Source: a virus
Lineage: Duplodnaviria; Caudoviricetes
DNA length: 60,313 nucleotides
Reading direction: 5' to 3' (one strand)
Virus record (IMG/VR): IMGVR_UViG_3300047476_000372
Location: 1-60,313 of that record
Below the pieces are notes generated by a model. The model made no database searches, was not told the DNA's origin, and saw nothing but the letters and a program-made list of their open reading frames with translations. This document shows positions 26,845 through 35,359 of this stretch, in pieces; position 1 is the first letter of the stretch; every line of letters begins with the position of its first letter. Both the position numbers and the translations under genes were made by a program.

Positions 26845-27072
26845 TTATATTTTTTCAATAAAAATGTATCCTATCCAACTATCGGTAAGGTTATCTAGCT
26901 CTTGGTCATTAACCATATCCATGAATTCTGACATGGGTATCAAGTATACCTTATCATGGAAATTAACTTTTTGAGTGAAATCTAGTAGTGATTCGTATAC
27001 GTTACCTTCAATATCTTCTAAGTCTTTTCTAGATATATGGTTTGTAGTAGCTGTTATTATAAATTGTTTCAT
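26845..27072 (-). CDS. Hypothetical early protein
   Basis: FMD.VNDQE......WIGY. Confidence 0.7.
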   Translation of the reverse strand: MKQFIITATTNHISRKDLEDIEGNVYESLLDFTQKVNFHDKVYLIPMSEFMDMVNDQELDNLTDSWIGYIFIEKI

Positions 27073-27078
27073 ATTGAT

Positions 27079-27300
27079 TTAGTTTTTCTCGTAGAAGTTA
27101 GAATCGAATGTATCATGGAATTGTATGCCTAGCATGATTACAATTGCCATACTACCAAAGGTTACGTATGCTAAGTTGTGACTGATAGTCTTGAACTCAC
27201 CACCATACAACCATACTATGGTAGGCAGTACAGCATAGGCAATAGCGAATAGGATGATGAACAGCAATGATAGGATGAATAGACGTAGTAACTTTTTCAT
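27079..27300 (-). CDS. Small 2-TM membrane protein
   Basis: Two hydrophobic helices. Confidence 0.7.
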   Translation of the reverse strand: MKKLLRLFILSLLFIILFAIAYAVLPTIVWLYGGEFKTISHNLAYVTFGSMAIVIMLGIQFHDTFDSNFYEKN

Positions 27301-27320
27301 GTGTTTAGTTTTTATGGTTA

Positions 27321-27566
27321 TTAGTTTACTTGTAGGTCAAATCTTTGGCAGGTCTCCATGAACTTGGCTTCCATGCCATTCTGAATGTAGACGTAGCCAA
27401 TAGCCTCAATCATCTTCTTTGAGGTAGTACGTGTGCTCAATCCCATAGCAGAGCAGAACATTCTCTTAGCTGTTATGTAGTTTCTAGTGGTGTGCATTCC
27501 GGTCTTGTAGTGCATAACTGAATCTAACAATAGCATGTGTAGTTGTAGTGCGTTAAAGTTTTGCAT
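27321..27566 (-). CDS. First gene of the early arm, hypothetical
   Basis: ORF after an (AC)n leader. Confidence 0.7.
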   Translation of the reverse strand: MQNFNALQLHMLLLDSVMHYKTGMHTTRNYITAKRMFCSAMGLSTRTTSKKMIEAIGYVYIQNGMEAKFMETCQRFDLQVN

Positions 27567-27585
27567 GTGTGTGTGTTTTAGTGTG

Positions 27586-28085
27586 CGACATGGGGAGGTG
27601 GTCGACCCTCAATCCTAGCGGGCTATATCCCATGCCGTAAAGAAGTTTGTTTCGCTTTTTAGCCTTCTTACCTATCGGAGGATGAACTTGTCGACTAGTT
27701 ACCTAGTCCGTCTCTACCCTCGTTCCGATTCCGGTGTGGCGCACGACCTCAAGCTATTTGCTATCGTCGGAAGAACTATGACTGCGAGGCTTCACCCTTG
27801 TCCGCAGAAATCTAACCCTCTCGGGCATCATTGCTGATGTTTTAACGTCATTGTAGGACGAATCCGTTTAGCGTGAGCTTAAGACTAGTGGATTACGCTT
27901 GAGGCACTGATTAGCATTGAAACCGGTCATTCGGTATGGTAACACCCAATTGCATCGGCTGTGCTGCTGTCCTCGTCTCGTGCATTTCTGAAGTTTGGTG
28001 GTCACCACGTGGTTGACATCTTGCGACGTGTACGTGGGATGCATTTCCCTGATTCAGTGTGAGACATCGTTTGAAAGAACTGCGT
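27586..28085 (-). ncRNA. Candidate large ornate structured RNA (~500 nt)
   Basis: ORF-free and GC-elevated; GNRA hairpins; long-range helices 28054-28059/27905-27910 and 27897-27904/27747-27754; 5' boxA-like GTTCTTTCAA; 3' tRNA-like minidomain. Confidence 0.7.
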
Positions 28086-28140
28086 CATTGGTTGTTCGCC
28101 GTTGACATTGTAAAATTGCAAAGAACATTTCACAGTAAGT

Positions 28141-28695
28141 GTTAAAGCTTAGTTAAACCCAAAAAGTTTTTTTTGCCACCCAGCGCAATATGGAACAGCG
28201 TGCGTGTATGCGTGTGTACATGTGCGTGTACATGCGTGCGTGCGTAAGCATACGAAGAAAAAAATAGAAAAATCACAATGAAATGTTAAATCGTATTTGA
28301 AAAGGCAAATTTCCTCAAGGTTGGCATATCTCGGAGTGGGTAAGGTGTTTGTATGTTTCAGAGGGAAATGGGCTAGAATCGCCTAAAAATGGCCTTAAAA
28401 TTGATTGATGAAAAATCGTAATGTGTTCTGTTAAAGTCTTGTTAATAAAGGGTTTACCATTTGGATATGTGCAATAATTGTATTACACGTGGGCAACTAG
28501 TATACCATGAAATATCCAGCGCAACAGGTAAGGTTAAAGAAATGTTAAAGGGTAAACTAGTGGGAAAGGGTATCCCTCACTTAACTACTTGACTACCAAT
28601 AAGTTACACTACTAATCTACTAATTCAATAGACTAGTTATCCACTTAGTGTTAACTTGTTAACTAGTTCACAATCAATCGTTAATGTTTTGTTAA
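28141..28695. promoter_or_regulatory. Four GTTAA-N6-GTTAA (11-bp period) direct-repeat boxes
   Basis: At 28141-28156, 28430-28445, 28533-28548 and 28680-28695. Confidence 0.65.
28198..28246. repeat. 49-bp perfect purine-pyrimidine alternation
   Basis: GCGTGCGTGTATGCGTGTGTACATGTGCGTGTACATGCGTGCGTGCGTA. Confidence 0.9.
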
Positions 28696-29011
28696 AGTTT
28701 TCCCAGTTAGTAGGGTACTCGGTATAGGAATCGGACTTACCCATGCCCCATGCTATGCTTGTTATATGGTATAGTCCCCAAGCCAACTAGATATCTCACT
28801 ATATTTACCCCTAGCCGGGGACAGGCGTACACAAATCTACTCCCTACATACAATAACAGTTAGAGTCAGATGGGAACTAGAGAAGTACCTCCCTTACGAT
28901 GCGCACTTTTCTTCAAACTCAATACAGTATTAGCTTTGATTATGGAGAGTATTAGATACTATATCATACTCCTTAATACGTATAAGAAGGAAACTCCATA
29001 ACTAATTGATA
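28582..29011. promoter_or_regulatory. IHF-consensus-like sites and one near-DnaA box (candidate origin/packaging region)
   Basis: TATCAATTAGTTA (minus, 28999-29011) matches WATCAANNNNTTR; palindromic near-matches at 28582-28606; TTATCCACT at 28637. Confidence 0.4.
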
Positions 29012-29080
29012 ATCAATACTAGAATTATTTATACAACGATAAATTTTCCAGCGTGGTAGAAAATAGGCTATATTTGGCAT

Positions 29081-29539
29081 ATGAAGAAATACGAAGAGTA
29101 CTTAAATAGCCCGTATAAGTTAACGGGTATAGAGGAGAGGTCTTTTATGACTAAGAGCGATGAAACGCTGATACTAGACCCTGAGACTGGTGAGTACTAC
29201 ACCATGAAAAAGGTAGCCAAAGATAAGACTGTTTTACATGATGAGCTAGTATACACTAAGCTGTTTCATGATAACTTTAGCCATTTGATGAGTCTATCTA
29301 ACCCAGCTCTTAGGATTATGCTATATGCTATGACTAATGTAAGACCTATACAACAAACAGTTATGTTAAATATACCAGACATTGCTATAGCATGTAATCT
29401 AGCTAATAGCACAGTCTATAACTGTATATATGAGCTACTAGACAGCAAAATGATATCTAAAAAGCTAGGCTCTAATATAGAATACTGGTTTGACCCTAAC
29501 GTATTCTTTAACGGTAATCGTTTGCGGATTTACAAATAG
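29081..29539 (+). CDS. RepL-like winged-helix replication/maintenance protein
   Basis: D...YTKLF, L..LS..A.R, TVY..I.EL, YWFDP.VFFNGNR. Confidence 0.75.
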   Translation: MKKYEEYLNSPYKLTGIEERSFMTKSDETLILDPETGEYYTMKKVAKDKTVLHDELVYTKLFHDNFSHLMSLSNPALRIMLYAMTNVRPIQQTVMLNIPDIAIACNLANSTVYNCIYELLDSKMISKKLGSNIEYWFDPNVFFNGNRLRIYK

Positions 29540-29569
29540 GCTAGTCGCAAATAGTGGTATTTTTGCCAC

Positions 29570-30184
29570 ATGAAGTACGATATACCGCAGGAGTTTAAGC
29601 CATTTGTAGCTTTCGTAAAGAGGATGTGTAAAGTGAATAAGGTGGAGCTTATGCTATCCCCATCTAGGACTGTTGTAATAACAGATTCATTCTCTACAGA
29701 TTGTTCAGGATACTTTGATGATGTAGACAAGGTACTTGCTGTTGCCTGTGGTAAACCATTTGAACAGTGGATTGAAATACTCATTCACGAGTACTCACAC
29801 ATGGAACAGTGGCTACACGATGAGAGGTGGTCTAGCTGGACAGACTCCTGTGGAGAACTATGGGCATGGCTAGACAAGGAGAAGATTATGAATAATAGTC
29901 AACTTAAAGGTGTACTTGATGGTATGATAGAACTAGAGAGAGACTGTGAGGTTAGAGCTTTGAATACAATAGCTAAATGGAATCTACCAGTCAACAAGGC
30001 TAGATACAAACGCAAAGCTAATCTCTATCTGTACAGCTATAGACTTATGCCTAAACTTAGAAAGTTCCCTACAGGTATATACGATAATGAACATATAGTG
30101 TCTATGTGCCCATCACGTATGCTAAAAAAATACGATAAGGTTCCTGAGAATATAGAGAAAGCCATCCTAGATAGATACTTGTAA
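29570..30184 (+). CDS. Zincin-like metallopeptidase-motif protein
   Basis: LIHEYSH..QW...ELERDCE.RA. Confidence 0.7.
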   Translation: MKYDIPQEFKPFVAFVKRMCKVNKVELMLSPSRTVVITDSFSTDCSGYFDDVDKVLAVACGKPFEQWIEILIHEYSHMEQWLHDERWSSWTDSCGELWAWLDKEKIMNNSQLKGVLDGMIELERDCEVRALNTIAKWNLPVNKARYKRKANLYLYSYRLMPKLRKFPTGIYDNEHIVSMCPSRMLKKYDKVPENIEKAILDRYL

Positions 30185-30212
30185 TTTTACTAAATTTGTA
30201 AAAAAAAGATAT

Positions 30213-30539
30213 ATGCTACAGCCTAAGCCAAAGAAGAAAACTATGCAGAAAGGTGCTCCTATGATGGATGTACCAAGAATGATTGATACAGAAAAGATGA
30301 GAAAAGAAGATGAGGCTGCACAAGGTGGCAAGACTCCACGTTCTGTTATGAATCAGATTGCAAAAGATAGAGCATACGATGTTAAGATGAAGTCTGGCAA
30401 CGGAGCTAGGATTGCAGCTATATTGAAGCAAGACCCTAAGATGGCAGCAAGAATTAATGTTAAACCATCTGGTGTTACCAAAGAATTGATGATGAAAAAT
30501 AAGGGTAAGGTAACTGCGTATAGCAATAAAAAGAAATAA
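30213..30539 (+). CDS. Small basic (K/M-rich) protein
   Basis: ORF after a -7 box at 30191. Confidence 0.7.
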   Translation: MLQPKPKKKTMQKGAPMMDVPRMIDTEKMRKEDEAAQGGKTPRSVMNQIAKDRAYDVKMKSGNGARIAAILKQDPKMAARINVKPSGVTKELMMKNKGKVTAYSNKKK

Positions 30540-30541
30540 TT

Positions 30542-30730
30542 ATGCCTAAGGGTTTGTACAAAATAAAATTCGCAAGCGATACAACTAAACCACGTTTGGA
30601 TACTCTTATGAAATTTAAGAGAGTTATTGGAGATACTTCTGAGCAAATGAACAAAGCAAAGGCTCTAGGATTATCTAACCAAAACGTAAAAAGTAAACTA
30701 GCTGAAAAAATAAAAGCTAAAAAAAACTAA
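30542..30730 (+). CDS. Small basic protein
   Basis: Packed ORF. Confidence 0.65.
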   Translation: MPKGLYKIKFASDTTKPRLDTLMKFKRVIGDTSEQMNKAKALGLSNQNVKSKLAEKIKAKKN

Positions 30731-30733
30731 ATA

Positions 30734-30856
30734 ATGGCAAAGACTAAGAGTAGTAGTGATAAAATAAAGGTAACATTTGGAAAGAGAAAGAAAGGTGCTG
30801 CTCAGAAGTCATTTAATAAGCACGATAAGAAAGATAGAAAATATCGTCAACGATGA
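30734..30856 (+). CDS. Small basic protein (40 aa, MAKTKSSSDKIKVTFGKRKKG...)
   Basis: Manual translation; ATGA-coupled to the next gene. Confidence 0.6.
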   Translation: MAKTKSSSDKIKVTFGKRKKGAAQKSFNKHDKKDRKYRQR

Positions 30857-31239
30857 AAACCGCTACAAAAACTAAACCAGAATTATGGAAACGAATAGTT
30901 GCTCGTGTAAAAGCAGGAACGAAAGGTGGAGATGCAGGGGAGTGGTCTGCCAGAAAGGCTCAATTGGCAGTGGCCTCATACAAAAAATCAGGAGGTGGTT
31001 ATTCGGGTGCAAAGAGTGCAAACAATGCACTTGCGAAATGGACGAGGCAGAAATGGATGACATCCTCTGGGAAGCCTTCGGAGGGGAAGCGTCGGTATTT
31101 ACCGGAGAGAGCGTGGAAAAGCCTAAGCGAAAGCGAAAAGCAGCAGACAAACCAAGCAAAAGCACAAGGAAACCAGCAGGGAAAACAGTTCGTGGCACAG
31201 CCAAAAAAAGTAGCACAAAAAGTAAAAAAGTTTAGGTGA
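30853..31239 (+). CDS. DUF5872-like basic protein
   Basis: P.LW..I...K....GG..GEWSARKAQL....YK..GGGY, WT.QKW.T, RYLP..AW..L. Confidence 0.8.
   Translation: MKTATKTKPELWKRIVARVKAGTKGGDAGEWSARKAQLAVASYKKSGGGYSGAKSANNALAKWTRQKWMTSSGKPSEGKRRYLPERAWKSLSESEKQQTNQAKAQGNQQGKQFVAQPKKVAQKVKKFR
30885..31235 (+). CDS. Candidate overprinted protein (116 aa; Cys-rich N-terminus, Lys-rich tail)
   Basis: Alternate frame open across nearly the whole host gene; host codons avoid T before AA/AG/GA. Confidence 0.55.
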   Translation: METNSCSCKSRNERWRCRGVVCQKGSIGSGLIQKIRRWLFGCKECKQCTCEMDEAEMDDILWEAFGGEASVFTGESVEKPKRKRKAADKPSKSTRKPAGKTVRGTAKKSSTKSKKV

Positions 31240-31466
31240 TGAAATTAAATATGAAAGAAATAGTTAAAATATTGGCTAAGAAAAAACTTCAGGAAATGAA
31301 GGAAGATGAGATGGAAAACGAGATGGAAGGTGAAGAGGAAGATGACGATAAAGAAGAGGAGAATGGTAAAGGTAAAATGCATGAAAAGATGCATGGTAAA
31401 ATGAAGGGAATGCATGGTAATAAAAAAGCTATGCTATTAATGATGCTTAAAAGCAAAATGAAATGA
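31236..31466 (+). CDS. Small K/M/E-rich protein
   Basis: Low-complexity ORF, coupled on both sides. Confidence 0.65.
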   Translation: MMKLNMKEIVKILAKKKLQEMKEDEMENEMEGEEEDDDKEEENGKGKMHEKMHGKMKGMHGNKKAMLLMMLKSKMK

Positions 31467-31768
31467 TAGAATATAGGGGTGAAAAATTCTCAGGGTACAA
31501 CAAGCCGAAAGATGCTAACGATGGCGTACATAAAAAAGTTGTACTTGCTAAAGAAGGCGACAAGGTTAAGCTTGTAAGATTTGGAGCAAAAGGATATTCA
31601 TCTAACTATTCAGACGAGGCTAGAGCACAGTATAGAAAAAGACACGCAAAGGAAGCTAACTCATCTAAACTGTCTGCTGGATGGTGGGCATACCACTATC
31701 TATGGAGCAGAGGCTCTCAAGTATACCGTTCAGGAAAAAGTTCAGGCAAAGGAGAAAGATTTAAGTAA
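31463..31768 (+). CDS. Conserved small basic phage protein
   Basis: GYNKPK, K..VLAK.GDK.KL.RFG..G, R..YR.RH, KLSAG.W....LW. Confidence 0.8.
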   Translation: MIEYRGEKFSGYNKPKDANDGVHKKVVLAKEGDKVKLVRFGAKGYSSNYSDEARAQYRKRHAKEANSSKLSAGWWAYHYLWSRGSQVYRSGKSSGKGERFK

Positions 31769-31815
31769 CTTTGTTATTACGGCGGTTATAACCGTCAAAA
31801 ACCAATCATATAAAC

Positions 31816-32412
31816 ATGGAGCACTTATACAATACAATAAGGCCTGTAGGTAAACGTGTAATCGTTTCAGTTAAGAAAGGTTCTAAAGATAGCCACATAG
31901 TTATAGGCCCAGATGGAAAAGAAATAGAACTGTTTGTAGACACATCATATTCTTGGGATGGTAAAGTATCTAATCCTACACAAGCTACACTATTAACAGA
32001 TTATAAAAATTTAAAAGCAGGAACAGATGTACTCGTACACCACAACGCAATCAACGCAGACAATCAACTGGACATCTATCCTGACACAACTACCAGACTA
32101 CACTCAATCGAAGAAGAATTTGTCTATTTTGGTTTCTGTGGTGAAGAAATAATATGTCTAGATGGATTCATGATTGTTGAGAGGATGTATGAAGAGGATA
32201 CACTAAGTCCGGGTGGCATAATATTAACAGAGAAGAAAAAGCTAGACACAATGATGAGAGTCATTAATAAGCCTGACTCTATAACAGACTTTGAAGTTGG
32301 TGACATAGCGGTAGTATATAAATATTCAGACTATGAGATTACCCATAATATAGGCGGTAAGAGAAGCAGTATAATTAGATTAAAGTACTCAGACTGTATA
32401 GGAAAAGGATGA
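31816..32412 (+). CDS. GroES-like co-chaperonin with two tandem GroES-like domains
   Basis: IRPVGKRVIV...LKAGTDV.VHHN, and second domain SPGGIIL...VGD....YKYSDYE. Confidence 0.7.
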   Translation: MEHLYNTIRPVGKRVIVSVKKGSKDSHIVIGPDGKEIELFVDTSYSWDGKVSNPTQATLLTDYKNLKAGTDVLVHHNAINADNQLDIYPDTTTRLHSIEEEFVYFGFCGEEIICLDGFMIVERMYEEDTLSPGGIILTEKKKLDTMMRVINKPDSITDFEVGDIAVVYKYSDYEITHNIGGKRSSIIRLKYSDCIGKG

Positions 32413-32702
32413 AATTAGAAGACAAAATAAAGATGTACGAATCGGATGGTATAGTAGGTTCATACTATGCCCTAAACCGTAAACTCAACGAGATTACAGG
32501 ACTATTAAACAATAGCGACCTAACAAAGCTAGACCTGTCAGACAGAAACGATGGTTCTTGGGAGAGGGTGCTAAAACTGTTTGGTAGTGTTGGAGAGATT
32601 AATGAGGTTATGAAAAAGCTTAGGATGGACAACCAGCTATCCGGAGACGAAGAGAAGGATAAGGCTAGAAGGAAGCCACTCATAGAAGAATTAGTACGAT
32701 GA
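32409..32702 (+). CDS. Hypothetical helical protein (small-terminase candidate by position)
   Basis: Upstream of TerL; positional inference only. Confidence 0.5.
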   Translation: MKLEDKIKMYESDGIVGSYYALNRKLNEITGLLNNSDLTKLDLSDRNDGSWERVLKLFGSVGEINEVMKKLRMDNQLSGDEEKDKARRKPLIEELVR

Positions 32703-33316
32703 AGTATTTTACTAAGAATAGTCCAACAGAAGACTTACTTAATGAGATTAAAAGACTGAGAAACCATGTAGCCCAACTAAAGCTAAGGCAAGAAAGGAGA
32801 CAGGGTAAAGTAAAGAAAGTAAGAAACGAGTGGAAGGAAAGATACGATAGACTAAGATGGGTATTATTCAGAAAAGACCAACTCATATTTGGCAAGGAAC
32901 AGCAGATAGAAAAGCTAAGATATAAGAACGCATATAAGGTAAAAAGGTTCAGAAGGGAAGGGTATAGAGATGCTATGAACAAGATAGCTGTTAACAACTA
33001 CAAAGTTAAACATCTAGCTAATTTTCTATTTCAGACTCAAACGGTTATGAATATTTATAACCTAGATGTTAAAGAATACTCGTTCTTGCTATGGTCTGGC
33101 AGATACGATTTTTTCGATAAGAAGGATTTTGAGACAACGCTAAAGAATGTTAATGTTGCATTCTACGCAACAGTGAATAAGCTGATTAAGAGAGGATTAG
33201 TAGTTATGATTGCAAAGAAACCCGGTGATGCAAGGAGGATATTCTCGCTTACTGGTACTGGAGTGGATATGTTTAATAAACTATCTAAGTTTACAAATAA
33301 ATTCTTAAGAGAGTGA
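32699..33316 (+). CDS. Coiled-coil plus C-terminal winged-helix (MarR-like) protein
   Basis: VNKLIKRGLV......DARR.F.LT..G. Confidence 0.65.
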   Translation: MKYFTKNSPTEDLLNEIKRLRNHVAQLKLRQERRQGKVKKVRNEWKERYDRLRWVLFRKDQLIFGKEQQIEKLRYKNAYKVKRFRREGYRDAMNKIAVNNYKVKHLANFLFQTQTVMNIYNLDVKEYSFLLWSGRYDFFDKKDFETTLKNVNVAFYATVNKLIKRGLVVMIAKKPGDARRIFSLTGTGVDMFNKLSKFTNKFLRE

Positions 33317-35328
33317 TACAAGAACATCATATATATGGAATAACTTATAAGACTCCTGAGGTTCCTGCAAAGTCTAGCATAGACTTATATAAATCTTCTA
33401 AACAGAGATTTACTAGGATTCAGATACCTGAATCTTTCCACGACCTAGAGTTTGATGAAGATGGTTCTGCTGTATATGCCGATGAACACGTAAATTTTAT
33501 CAAGAGAGAGTGGGCTAGAATAAATGATGGCTACTGGTTTTATAATGATGGTAACCCTACGTATATAAATGGGCTGCACTACTTCTACCTTAACTATTGG
33601 ACGCTTGAAGATGGAAACTTTCCTGACTACCGTGATGTAGATAGAAGATATTTTTATTTTCAAGAATACTGCGAAAAGATACCACAATGCTTTGGTGTGA
33701 TAAGGATTAAGAAGCGTCGTGAGGGTGCTACTTCACAGGCTACTTGTTATATCGTATGGAAGGCTATAACACAGAGAAAGTCATTCTGCGGTATCGTATC
33801 CAAGACTGGTAAGGACGCATCTGACGCATTCGTATACATGGTAATGAATGGATATAGGAATCTACCAGTGTTCTTTAAGCCTAGAGCAGAAGATGAAGAG
33901 ACAAAAACTGAGTTAGTATTTAGAAAGAAGAAAGATAAAAGGAAGACTAAGGGCAGAGAGAAGGGTCAGGTATTTGACGATGATATTGGTCTTGAGTCTA
34001 AGATTAGTTTTAAGAATACAGCACTTAACTCTTACGATTCCGGTAGGGTAACTGCTCTACTTATGGACGAGGCTGGTAAGTGGCCAAAGGAAGTACCCGT
34101 AAATCAGTACTGGCCTATCGTAAAGAAGACGATGATGAAGGGTGCAATTAAGGTAGGATTCTGTATCATACCATCTACAGCGAACGATGCCAAGAGTGGT
34201 GGTGAGCCTTATAAGATGCTATTTGAGGGAAGCTCTCAATTCGATGACCCATATACAGCTACTGGTCTGTATAGATATTTCTGTCCTGCATACGATGGAT
34301 ATGAGGGTTTTATAGATGAGTATGGAATGTCTATAATAGATGCGCCAACAGAAAAGCAAAAGGAGTATATTAAGGAACGCTATGGCATGAATATTACGAT
34401 GGGTGCTAAAGATTATCTTCTTTCTCAGAGGGCAATAATTAAAGATAAGAAGGCGCTTAGTGAAGAGATAAGGATGAACCCTTTTACTGAAGAGGAAGCA
34501 TTCATGATTGACCAAAAGAAGTGCTACTTCAACTCTGAGAAAATATACAACCAGATAGACTTTCTAAAAGAAGAAAGGGTAGCGCTTAGAAGGATTAGGT
34601 TATTCTGGAAAAATGAGAGGACTGTTGACTGGGCAGATGACCCTGAAGGTCCTTGGATAGCATATAAGATACCAGATAAATCTGAAGCCAATAAGTTTAT
34701 AGAGGTAGACGGTTCTAGGACTCCGGGCAACTCACACAAGTATGTATCTGGAATTGACCCATTTAAATCATCTGTAATATCTGGAAAGGGCTCTATGGGC
34801 GTATGTTACGTATTTGAGAGGCTAGACCCTTCTGACCCAAATAATACCTGTATGCCTATCGCTGAATACGTAGATAGGCCAAGGATGAAATCTATGTTCC
34901 ACGATGAGATGTTGAAGGGTGCTGTATTCTGGGGATATCGTGCATGTTACGAGAATGACGTTGGTGACGACTTCGTGGATTACTTTTCAAATAAAGGATT
35001 TAGGTCTTACCTTATGAGGACTCCAGAATCTGCTATAGATAGGAATAGGCGTAGGACTGTACACAAGTATGGGGTTACATCTGGAGATGCATTTGCTATG
35101 GCTAGGCAGCTAGATACGTGTATATCCTATATTGAGAATCATTGCGATAAGGTTGTATACATTGACCTGCTTGAAGAGTTATTGCAGTATGACCACGAAA
35201 ACAGAACTCCATACGATAGAAGTGTGGCTTTTATGATTAGCTTATTATCTGGGGTAGCTGTTGAGGTAGCCAAGAAGGAAAAGGAGTATTCGGTGATACC
35301 GATTAAGACTTTCAGCATCAGGCTGTAG
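33313..35328 (+). CDS. terL: Terminase large subunit (crAss-like)
   Basis: Y.YLNY, K.RR.GAT Walker A, DEAGKW Walker B, STAN, P.T.EEAF, GIDP nuclease motif, D...A. Confidence 0.92.
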   Translation: MIQEHHIYGITYKTPEVPAKSSIDLYKSSKQRFTRIQIPESFHDLEFDEDGSAVYADEHVNFIKREWARINDGYWFYNDGNPTYINGLHYFYLNYWTLEDGNFPDYRDVDRRYFYFQEYCEKIPQCFGVIRIKKRREGATSQATCYIVWKAITQRKSFCGIVSKTGKDASDAFVYMVMNGYRNLPVFFKPRAEDEETKTELVFRKKKDKRKTKGREKGQVFDDDIGLESKISFKNTALNSYDSGRVTALLMDEAGKWPKEVPVNQYWPIVKKTMMKGAIKVGFCIIPSTANDAKSGGEPYKMLFEGSSQFDDPYTATGLYRYFCPAYDGYEGFIDEYGMSIIDAPTEKQKEYIKERYGMNITMGAKDYLLSQRAIIKDKKALSEEIRMNPFTEEEAFMIDQKKCYFNSEKIYNQIDFLKEERVALRRIRLFWKNERTVDWADDPEGPWIAYKIPDKSEANKFIEVDGSRTPGNSHKYVSGIDPFKSSVISGKGSMGVCYVFERLDPSDPNNTCMPIAEYVDRPRMKSMFHDEMLKGAVFWGYRACYENDVGDDFVDYFSNKGFRSYLMRTPESAIDRNRRRTVHKYGVTSGDAFAMARQLDTCISYIENHCDKVVYIDLLEELLQYDHENRTPYDRSVAFMISLLSGVAVEVAKKEKEYSVIPIKTFSIRL

Positions 35329-35359
35329 CATATTAAGTTTTTGTACTTTTGCTATAATT

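Noticed and set aside
27586-28085. tmRNA or RNase P RNA
   Set aside because: No GGGG...CCA acceptor pairing with a tag ORF, and no GAGGAAAGUCC P4 signature.
9304-29539. Lysogeny module
   Set aside because: No tyrosine/serine integrase, CI-like repressor or ParA recognised.
31581-31853. Another overprinted ORF (90 aa)
   Set aside because: TTG start; the host segment is poor in L/V/I/M so this frame is expected to stay open; no protein-like features.
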